Assembly (NCBI GenBank): GCA_965248195.1
Contig: CBDFIQ010000002.1
Location: forward strand, 167,539 to 231,538
Direction: 5' to 3'
DNA length: 64,000 nt
Source of the DNA: Longimicrobiales bacterium
Lineage (GTDB): Bacteria > Gemmatimonadota > Gemmatimonadetes > Longimicrobiales > Gaopeijiaceae
Position numbers and translations under genes: made by a program. The notes below the pieces were generated by a model. The model had not been told where the DNA came from. It ran no database searches and saw only the letters and a list, made by a program, of their open reading frames with translations. Shown here piece after piece: positions 32,917 to 40,643 of the stretch. Numbering within the stretch: the stretch's first letter is position 1; each line of letters begins with the position of its first letter.

Positions 32917-32943
32917 GACGAGGGAGGGGTGCTAAGGGTCACA
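32917..32943 (-). promoter_or_regulatory. Second copy of the candidate ECF-type promoter TGTGAC-N17-CGTC, upstream of the lipoprotein gene
   Basis: The minus strand reads AATGTGACCCTTAGCACCCCTCCCTCGTCT. The CGTC lies about 50 nt upstream of the ATG at 32866. Confidence 0.5.
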
Positions 32944-32978
32944 TTAGGGCAGCGCGGAACGCGGGCCTGGGCCCTAAC

Positions 32979-33025
32979 GTTGAGCGGTGCTCGGATCCTC
33001 CATGTTGAGCGGTGCTGGGATCCTC
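32979..33025. repeat. Two 22-bp direct repeats (gttgagcggtgctSggatcctc) separated by 3 nt
   Basis: The copies are 32979-33000 and 33004-33025 and differ at 1 nt. They lie in the divergent intergenic region 70-115 nt upstream of the GAF gene. Confidence 0.9.
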
Positions 33026-33094
33026 AGCCCCCGTCGGGGTATTGGCTTATCGCGGCGACACGCTTCTTCACCCACTGATACGTACAGGCCGATC

Positions 33095-35500
33095 ATGTCC
33101 ACGCCTTCACCGATAGAAGAGTTTCCGTTCGGGACCCGCCTGAGCCTGGCGCACCTCGTCGATTTCTGGGAGCGCCAGGACGGGGACCCGAGCTCATTAC
33201 ATGCGCCCCTGGCCCGGGTGATCGTCGAGCAGCTCGAAGAAGCTTCGGAGCTCAGAGGGATCATCGACGACGACGCGGTGCTGGACAAACACCGGGAGCT
33301 CATCGACCTCATGATGACCGCCATGGTCCCGGCGGGTCGGCGCGAGGACTATTACGCCGCGGCCGGCGAACCCTTCAAGACACTCTCCCGCTGTTTCTAC
33401 GAGACGCCGGCGTGGCGGCGGCTAGGGCTTGGCGAGGCCGAGCGCGTCAAGCATCAGCTCAACATGGCGCCGGAGCAGTTCGCCTTTGGAAAGCTCATGT
33501 GGGCCTACGAGTTTCTGCTCCAGGAGTGGGTGGGCGTCGAGGCGAATCTACAGCCCGGCCTCGTCATGACCGTACACGACGAGGAGGTCGGGCTGGACAG
33601 GCACTTCTCGTTGGACGTCGACCCTCGCTTCACGTCCGTGAGGCTCGTTCGGGACATCGAGAAGCCGTCCTCGGAGGATGTCGCACGCCTGCTGGCCGAG
33701 CCCACTGACATCGACCTCTGGACCGAGGTGCTCCCTCCGGATGCCTTCGAGTTCGATGGCATGACGGTGATCACGGCAGTGGACGTCACGCCCCACGAGG
33801 TGATCTCGCGACTCAAGAACGACCTCATCGAGAAGGATTCGATGGCGTCACCCGAGAAGATCGATCGGCTCCAGCATCAGCTCCGTAATCTCCTGGGTTG
33901 CCCCGAGCTCAGCCTCGGGCTGATCGCCTTCGACCGGCGGGCCGACGTCGAGGCGATCGAGGGGGCGAGGGCCGTGGGCAAGAGCCTGCTCCTCTGCGAC
34001 GAGTGCGCCCCCACCTGCCCGAACCGGGCCAACTCCAGCTATGCGGGAATCTTCGAAGGCACGGACCCCGTCATCGTTCAAGACCTTAAGACGTCGGAGT
34101 TACGCACCGGCTACGAACACCATCTGCGGAAGCACAGGCACCGTAGTCTCCTTCTCTACCCGCTCCACGCCGGCGACCAACTGGTCGGGCTCATGGAGCT
34201 CGCGTCGCCCAGGCCGGGAGACCTCAACGCCTTCAACGCCCGGCGACTGGCGGATGTCGTTCCGCTCTTCGCCACCACACTCAAGCACAACCAGGACGAG
34301 CTCGAGGATCATGTGCAGGCGGTCATCAAGCGGAAGTACACGGCGATCCACTCGTCTGTCGAGTGGCGTTTCCGCGATGCCGCCTTGCGTTACCTGGAGG
34401 AAAAGGAGAGCGGTGAGGTGAGCCCCGAGCTCGAGCAGATCGTCTTCCATGACGTGTACCCGCTCTACGGGCTGGTCGACATGCGCGACTCGTCGCGGAT
34501 ACGGAACGAAGCGATTCGGGGGGACCTCAGCGAACAACTCCAACTGGCTCTGGACGTGATCAATGCCGCCGGGCAGATACGACCGCTTCTCGCGCTGGAA
34601 GAGGTGGGATACCGACTGGCGCAGCATCTCGACCGGATCGAATCCGAGCTCCGCTCAGACGACGAATCAGGCATCTTGGAGCTCCTCCGGCGTGACGTGG
34701 AGCCGCTATTTGGGCAACTCGACACCTATGGGAGTGATGTGGCGGAGCGCGTGACCTCCTATCGCGGGGCGCTCGACGCGGAACTGCAGCTCGTCTATCG
34801 CCGCCGCAAGGAATTCGAGCAGAGCGTGGCGGCTTTGAACGACGCCATTTCGATGACGCTGGACGCGGAGGAGGAGCGGGCCCAGACCATGTTCCCCCAC
34901 TTCTTCGAGAAGTTCAGGACGGATGGGGTGGACCACAGTATCTACATCGGCGCTGAGCTCCACGAGGACGGGCTGTTCGATGAGCTCTATCTGCGTAATC
35001 TCCGGATCTGGCAACTCATGACGACCTGCCGGATCGAGTGGGAGCTCGCCCGGGTCAAGACCGACATGCCCGTTCCCCTCGAAGCGACCCACCTGATCCT
35101 CGTCCAGCATCAGCCGCTCTCGATCCGCTTCCGCATCGACGAGAAGCGCTTCGACGTGGACGGGGCGTACGACATCCGCTACGAGATCGTCAAGAAGCGC
35201 ATCGACAAGGCGCGGGTCCGAGGGTCGAGCGAACGCATAACCCAGCCGGGGCAGCTCGCCATCGTGTACTCGACGGCCGGTGAGGCTGCCGAGTACAGGA
35301 GATACATCGAGTTCCTTCAAAGCAGGGGCTACTTCTCCCCAGGGCTGGAGGAGCTCGAGCTGGAGGACCTCCCGGGCATCTCCGGGCTCAGGGCGCTGCG
35401 AGTCACCATCGCGAGCAGGGGCAAGGCCGACCAGTCGGCCCTGCCGGCTCGACCCTCAGAGGGCGAGATCGAGGCGGTCCTCACCGGAGAGCAGGCCTAA
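33095..35500 (+). CDS. Large GAF domain-containing protein of unknown function (801 aa)
   Basis: ORF 32987..35500, with ATG at 33095 (MSTPSPIEEFPFG). There is a GAF-like segment around SLLLYPLHAGDQLVGLMELASPRPGDLNAFNARRLADVVPLFATTL. I recognise no output domain. Confidence 0.65.
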   Translation: MSTPSPIEEFPFGTRLSLAHLVDFWERQDGDPSSLHAPLARVIVEQLEEASELRGIIDDDAVLDKHRELIDLMMTAMVPAGRREDYYAAAGEPFKTLSRCFYETPAWRRLGLGEAERVKHQLNMAPEQFAFGKLMWAYEFLLQEWVGVEANLQPGLVMTVHDEEVGLDRHFSLDVDPRFTSVRLVRDIEKPSSEDVARLLAEPTDIDLWTEVLPPDAFEFDGMTVITAVDVTPHEVISRLKNDLIEKDSMASPEKIDRLQHQLRNLLGCPELSLGLIAFDRRADVEAIEGARAVGKSLLLCDECAPTCPNRANSSYAGIFEGTDPVIVQDLKTSELRTGYEHHLRKHRHRSLLLYPLHAGDQLVGLMELASPRPGDLNAFNARRLADVVPLFATTLKHNQDELEDHVQAVIKRKYTAIHSSVEWRFRDAALRYLEEKESGEVSPELEQIVFHDVYPLYGLVDMRDSSRIRNEAIRGDLSEQLQLALDVINAAGQIRPLLALEEVGYRLAQHLDRIESELRSDDESGILELLRRDVEPLFGQLDTYGSDVAERVTSYRGALDAELQLVYRRRKEFEQSVAALNDAISMTLDAEEERAQTMFPHFFEKFRTDGVDHSIYIGAELHEDGLFDELYLRNLRIWQLMTTCRIEWELARVKTDMPVPLEATHLILVQHQPLSIRFRIDEKRFDVDGAYDIRYEIVKKRIDKARVRGSSERITQPGQLAIVYSTAGEAAEYRRYIEFLQSRGYFSPGLEELELEDLPGISGLRALRVTIASRGKADQSALPARPSEGEIEAVLTGEQA

Positions 35501-35520
35501 GCGATCCGAGCGTCGCGCGG

Positions 35521-37008
35521 TCAGTCCCCGCCGGTCCAGTGCCCTCGCAGTCCCTCGCGGTCAACCTCGCGGCCTCGGAGGTAGACTCGAGAGATGGTAC
35601 GCGTGTTTCGGATGTCTTCGAGTGGGTTCGCGTCGAGAATTACGAAATCTGCGGTCTTTCCGGGGGCGATCGTGCCCATCTCGAACAGTCCGAGTCGTTG
35701 CGCGGGGCGGCTGGTGGCCGCAACGATCGCCTGCATCGGCGTCATGCCCAGCCGAACGAAGATCTCCAGCTCCCGGTGGCCCGTGTAGCCGAAGAAGTGG
35801 TCCGGAACAGCGCCCGCGTCGGTTCCGAGCACGATGTCCACGTCTGCCGCCAAGAGGCGGGAAAAGGCCTCACTCAACTCCCGTTCCCGTTCCGAAGCCC
35901 TCGCGGCCACTCCTTGTGCGGCGGTGCCCCCCTGCACGGTGGCGCCCGCTGGCTGCCGTGCGTCGTAGGCTTCGCCGAGCCGAGCGGCCACCTCCGGAAG
36001 AGTCGCCTCCTGCAGGAATGGATCGTCCCCCACTCGCTCGCGGCGCAGTTCACCCAGGCCGAGATTGGGGACCAGGAAGGCTCCGGAGTCGCGGATCTGG
36101 GCGGCTAAACCGTCGTCCATCGCCGGACCGAGACGCCCGTGAAGGAACCCGGCCACGCCCGCCTCGAGCAGATCCGGCATGTCCTCAGCGTTCTGCTGGT
36201 GGACAATGACCTCGATGCCATGCGCCTGCGCTTCGTCGATGATCGCACGATAGACGTCCCGCGGCAGTTTCTTCTGGCTCCCCCCCCGATCGTCGACCCA
36301 GATCTTGATGAAGGGGATCTCCTTTGCCGAAACTTCGCGGACCGCCGTGCGACCCTCTTCCTCGGAGGCGACCCCCCTCAGAACGGTCATCCCGGTCTCC
36401 TCGGCGATGGCCAATGCATGGCCCAGGAACTGGTTGTTCGGCCCCTGCCCGGGCGGCGCCATACCGGCGCCGAAGAGGAAACGGGCGCCCTCGACCTCCC
36501 CCTCCCGCTGCGCTCGTTGGATCTTGATCGCGAGGTCTTCGGGGTCGCTACCGGCCGAGAAGACCGCGCCGAACCCGTAGTAGGCATAGCGCTCGAGGTG
36601 TTCGATCAGATTCTCGCGCGAGTAGTTTTCGGATCCCCAGCTTGTGTACCCCTCGTAACCCAGGTGCGCGTGGGCATCGATCAAGGCCGGAATGACCGTC
36701 TTTCCAGCAAGGTCGATCGAGGTGGCTCCCGGAGGCGCCGCGACCCCTCCGGTGCGCCCGACCTCGAGGATCCGGTCGCCCTCCACGAGGAGGGCCCCGT
36801 TCTCGATCATGCCGCCGTCTCCGAGGATCAGCCTGGCTCTCTCGAAGAGGAGCGTCGCGCCGGGCTGGGTGGGCACCGAAGATGCCGGGGATGCGGCCGT
36901 TCCTTCAGGGCCTGGACCGGAATCGGAGGGGGTACATCCTGCCGCAACGCACGCTGCGAGGCCGATCCCAACCAACAGGTCCCAGTTCGCCGGATTCTTA
37001 CGTCTCAT
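35521..37008 (-). CDS. Amidohydrolase family lipoprotein (metal-dependent hydrolase)
   Basis: ORF 35521..37044, with ATG at 37008. It has a lipobox (GIGLAACVAAGC), the metal-binding motif VIPALIDAHAHLG and the motif VLGTDAG. Confidence 0.8.
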   Translation of the reverse strand: MRRKNPANWDLLVGIGLAACVAAGCTPSDSGPGPEGTAASPASSVPTQPGATLLFERARLILGDGGMIENGALLVEGDRILEVGRTGGVAAPPGATSIDLAGKTVIPALIDAHAHLGYEGYTSWGSENYSRENLIEHLERYAYYGFGAVFSAGSDPEDLAIKIQRAQREGEVEGARFLFGAGMAPPGQGPNNQFLGHALAIAEETGMTVLRGVASEEEGRTAVREVSAKEIPFIKIWVDDRGGSQKKLPRDVYRAIIDEAQAHGIEVIVHQQNAEDMPDLLEAGVAGFLHGRLGPAMDDGLAAQIRDSGAFLVPNLGLGELRRERVGDDPFLQEATLPEVAARLGEAYDARQPAGATVQGGTAAQGVAARASERERELSEAFSRLLAADVDIVLGTDAGAVPDHFFGYTGHRELEIFVRLGMTPMQAIVAATSRPAQRLGLFEMGTIAPGKTADFVILDANPLEDIRNTRTISRVYLRGREVDREGLRGHWTGGD

Positions 37009-37209
37009 GCTGGGCTCCCCCTTGCGCGCTATACCGTGGACCACGTGCCGCCACTACTGCATCCCTTCACGCCCACCCTATGCCACGGTCTCGCGTGGAG
37101 CAATCCCGCCTCATTTTACACGAAGGCGCTTGCCAGCCACCAAGCATCTTCTCCTGAGCCGCCCTCCATCTTATACTGTCTCTGCGTAATTCCAATCCAG
37201 GAGAGAGTC

Positions 37210-37842
37210 ATGATCCGTCGAATCCCTCTATTCGCCCTCGCGTTCTTCATCGCCGCGCCGCTGGCAGCTCAGACGCCCGTCGGGCTCCAGCTGCGTCTCG
37301 ACCACAGCCTGAATGCGGAGGATCCGGACGACGTTCCAAACGTGACCGTGACCAGGTCGGGCGATGGTTTCCAAGTACGCACTGGACCTGCGGTCACGGC
37401 ATGGATTTCCGACAACACGGCCATGGGCGCGTACACCCTCTCGGGTACCTTCACTCTCCTGGAGCCGAGCGGCCATGTAAATTACTACGGCCTCCTCTAC
37501 GGTGGCGGTGACCTGGAGGGTTCGGGACAGAACTATCTGTACTTCCTGGTCGCGCAGGACGGAAGCTATCTGGTCAAGCACCGTGCCGGGAATGAAACCA
37601 CGCACGACATCCAGGGACGTACGACCCACTCGGCCGTTGTGGTGCCGGACGCCAACGGGCGCTCCGTCAACGCCCTCGAGGTGCGCGTCGGCACGGACAC
37701 TACCGATTTCGTTGTGAACGGCGTCGTGGTGCATTCGGCTGCCCAGAGCGGGATGGCCGGGCGCACCGACGGGATCTGGGGTGTACGGGTCAACCACGTG
37801 CTTCCTGGCATCCTCGTGGAAGGGCTGGGCATCACGCAGTAG
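37210..37842 (+). CDS. Hypothetical secreted beta-sandwich-like protein (210 aa)
   Basis: This is the C-terminal part of ORF 36139..37842. ATG at 37210 is followed by a signal peptide (MIRRIPLFALAFFIAAPLAAQ). The upstream 357 codons of the ORF are antisense to the amidohydrolase gene. Confidence 0.6.
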   Translation: MIRRIPLFALAFFIAAPLAAQTPVGLQLRLDHSLNAEDPDDVPNVTVTRSGDGFQVRTGPAVTAWISDNTAMGAYTLSGTFTLLEPSGHVNYYGLLYGGGDLEGSGQNYLYFLVAQDGSYLVKHRAGNETTHDIQGRTTHSAVVVPDANGRSVNALEVRVGTDTTDFVVNGVVVHSAAQSGMAGRTDGIWGVRVNHVLPGILVEGLGITQ

Positions 37843-37945
37843 CGCGGTTCTCGCCCCTGGCTCGTAGGTCGACGGCACACCGGAGATAGCCCCAGGCACG
37901 AAGGGGATTAGCGGAGAAGGTCCCTCGGGCCATTCTCCCACCGCC

Positions 37946-40444
37946 CTACTCGTACCGCAGCGCCTCCATTGGATCGATCCTGGACGTGCGCTGAGCCGGG
38001 ACGTAGCCCGCTGCCAGCGCCACCCCGACGAGCAACACCGCCACCGCGATGGAGACGAAGGGATCGGATCCGTCTAGCCCGAACAGAAGAGATTCCGCCG
38101 CTCTCCCCAGGAACGACGCCGCTACCAGACCGAGCGCCCCTCCTACGAGGGTCATACGGCCTACTTGTTTGAGCACCATCCCCCTCACTCGGGGCCCGCC
38201 GGCCCCCAGTGCCATGCGGAGACCGATTTCCCTGGTGCGCTGCGTTACGGTGTAGGCCAGGACGCCGTAGAGGCCGACCGTGGCCAGCAGCGTGGCGAGG
38301 ACCGCGAATGCCGCGGACAAGATGCTGATGAACCGGTCCAAGACCACGCTCTCCTTCACCTGCCGCTCGAGGGTCTTCAAGCCCTCCACCGGCAGATTCG
38401 GATCGAGTCGGCCCATCAAAGGAGGGATCGCGGCGAGGATCTGATTGGGCTCGAGCGACGTTCGCACATAGAAATTGATCGAACCCAACCCGTCGTCCTG
38501 GCGGTAGGGCCTGAAGAAGACCGGGGGCACCTCGCGTTTCACGTCCGCGTATTTGGCGTCCTGGACCACGCCCACGATCTGGGTGTCGAGCTCATCGCCC
38601 CGTCCGGACCCCATGAAACGGCCGACCGCGTCGCGGCTGTCCAGTCCGAACTTCCGGGTAAACGCCTCGTTTACGATGGCGACCTTAGGGGCGTTAGCCC
38701 CGTCCGATACCGTAAACTCCCGACCTGCCAGAAGCGGCATCCCTAGCGTGCTGAAGTAGCTCGGCCCGATCTCGTTGAGGCGCGAGCTAGCGTCGATGTC
38801 GGGGCCCGACTCGAAACCCTCCACCCGCACTCCGCTGCCCCAACTGCTGCCGGCCAGGACAGGCACGAGCGCGGCCGAGACACCCGCCACCCCCGGGATC
38901 GCCGCCAACTCTTCCTCGGTTCTTTCGAAAAAAGCCAGCGAACGCTCGGGCTCGTAGCCGTTGAGCTCCGGTGAGATCGCGAAGGTGACTACGTTCCCCG
39001 TGCGGAGCCCGAGATCGATCTGGCTAACGTTCACGAGGCTCTTGATGAACAACCCCGCCGACGCGAGGAGCGTCATTGAAAGGGCGAGTTGAGCCGTTAC
39101 CAACGCGCTCCGGAATCGGGCTGCGCCGCGGGCGCCGGAGGGCTGGCCGGTGTTGGCCTTCAGCATCGTCACGAGATCGGGGCGCGTGCTGTGTAGCGCG
39201 GGATAGAGGCCGAAGAGGAGGCCGGTACCCAACGACAGGACCCCGGTGAAGACCAGCACCGCCGGACTCAACTCCAGGGCCAACATGTTGGCGCCTTCCG
39301 GAGGAAGGAGGGTGCCGATAAGCGCGAGCGTGGCTTGAGCCACAAATAGGCTGGCCACACCTCCAAGCATGGCGAGCAGGAGCGACTCCGTAAGAAGCTG
39401 CGCCAAAAGGTGACGGCGTCCGGCACCGAGTGAGCCGCGAATCGCCATCTCCTGGCCGCGGGCAGCCCCCCGGGCCAGCAATAGGTTCGCGATGTTCGCA
39501 CACGCGATCAGGAGCACGACGCCGGTGATGGCCAGGAGCAGATTGAGGGGGGTCCCCGCCTCACCTTGGATCTGGCTCTGCCCCCGGGCCCCCGGTGCCA
39601 GCGTGATCTGTTTGGCCCGGAAACGCTCAAGCGTCGGAGCACTCATGCCGTCCTGGAGGGGTGCCTCGACCTCATCGAGGATGGCCGAATAGGTGGTGTT
39701 GATCTCCGTGGCCGCACGCTCGATCGTGACCCCGGGATTCAACCTGGCGAAGAGGTATGCCCAATAACTGCGCCGGTTGTCGAAGCCGGTGAAGCCCGGG
39801 TTCATGAGTCCCCGCATCGAAATCGGTACGAACACGTCCGATTCCAAGCCGAGCGTCGTCCCGTCGAATCCACGAGGGGCCACACCGACGATCGTCATCG
39901 CGTGTCCGTTAATGATGATCGATTGGTTGAGCACTCCCGGATCGGAGCCGAGCCGATTCACCCAATAATCGTGGCTCAGAACCGTCACGAAGTTCTCGCC
40001 GACGGTCTCGTCGTCTCCTGGATCGAGCAGGCGGCCCAACGCCGCTCGAAGGCCGAGCACCGGAAAGTAGGATCCGGACACGAGCATTCCCTGTCCGCTC
40101 GAGGTCTGACTCGAATGCGCCAGGTTCGCGTCGAAATCTCGATGGGCCGCGATCCCCGAGAATCCGCTCTGGGCGCGCTCGAGGTCACGGAACATCTCGT
40201 AGCTGAAGATCTCCTCGCAGGCGCCTGCCTGGCTACACGAGGTCATGCCCGGGTTGGGGCCGGGGGCGGCCAGGTTGACGAGCTGCCCCGGTGCTTCGAC
40301 GGGCAGGGGCCTCAGCAGAATCTGATCAAAGAGCGAGAAGATCGCCGCGTTCGCGCCAATTCCCAAAGCGAGCGACAGTACCGCCACGGCCGTGACGAAG
40401 GGCGTCTTGGTGACCGAGCGCAGAGCGAGCTTCAGCTGAGACAT
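37946..40444 (-). CDS. ADOP-type duplicated FtsX/MacB-like ABC transporter permease
   Basis: ORF 37946..40447 (ATG at 40444). It has two MacB-like periplasmic plus FtsX 4-TM halves and ends MEALRYE. Confidence 0.85.
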   Translation of the reverse strand: MSQLKLALRSVTKTPFVTAVAVLSLALGIGANAAIFSLFDQILLRPLPVEAPGQLVNLAAPGPNPGMTSCSQAGACEEIFSYEMFRDLERAQSGFSGIAAHRDFDANLAHSSQTSSGQGMLVSGSYFPVLGLRAALGRLLDPGDDETVGENFVTVLSHDYWVNRLGSDPGVLNQSIIINGHAMTIVGVAPRGFDGTTLGLESDVFVPISMRGLMNPGFTGFDNRRSYWAYLFARLNPGVTIERAATEINTTYSAILDEVEAPLQDGMSAPTLERFRAKQITLAPGARGQSQIQGEAGTPLNLLLAITGVVLLIACANIANLLLARGAARGQEMAIRGSLGAGRRHLLAQLLTESLLLAMLGGVASLFVAQATLALIGTLLPPEGANMLALELSPAVLVFTGVLSLGTGLLFGLYPALHSTRPDLVTMLKANTGQPSGARGAARFRSALVTAQLALSMTLLASAGLFIKSLVNVSQIDLGLRTGNVVTFAISPELNGYEPERSLAFFERTEEELAAIPGVAGVSAALVPVLAGSSWGSGVRVEGFESGPDIDASSRLNEIGPSYFSTLGMPLLAGREFTVSDGANAPKVAIVNEAFTRKFGLDSRDAVGRFMGSGRGDELDTQIVGVVQDAKYADVKREVPPVFFRPYRQDDGLGSINFYVRTSLEPNQILAAIPPLMGRLDPNLPVEGLKTLERQVKESVVLDRFISILSAAFAVLATLLATVGLYGVLAYTVTQRTREIGLRMALGAGGPRVRGMVLKQVGRMTLVGGALGLVAASFLGRAAESLLFGLDGSDPFVSIAVAVLLVGVALAAGYVPAQRTSRIDPMEALRYE

Positions 40445-40490
40445 CAAGAACCTCTTGGAGCGTTGGGAATCGGAGCGCGCTAACAGGTTA

Positions 40491-40517
40491 GACGGGTAAG
40501 TAGCTCGGAGGGTTTCA
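40491..40517 (-). promoter_or_regulatory. Candidate ECF-type promoter TGAAAC-N17-CGTC upstream of the ADOP permease gene
   Basis: The minus strand reads CTTGAAACCCTCCGAGCTACTTACCCGTCT. The CGTC lies about 45 nt upstream of the ATG at 40444. Confidence 0.4.
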
Positions 40518-40643
40518 AGTGTACTTCGGACTGCGGGCTGCTAACGCTGCCGAAAATGACATTCACCGCCGGACGGCGTACAACGGTTCTATGATCTGTG
40601 GATTTCGCGAAGGTGGCGTCTGGCAAATGGCTCTTTCTAACGT

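Noticed and set aside
36139-37209. The N-terminal 357 codons of the 567-aa ORF 36139..37842.
   Set aside because: This part is antisense to the well-supported amidohydrolase gene and has junk-like composition. The real gene starts at ATG 37210 with a signal peptide.
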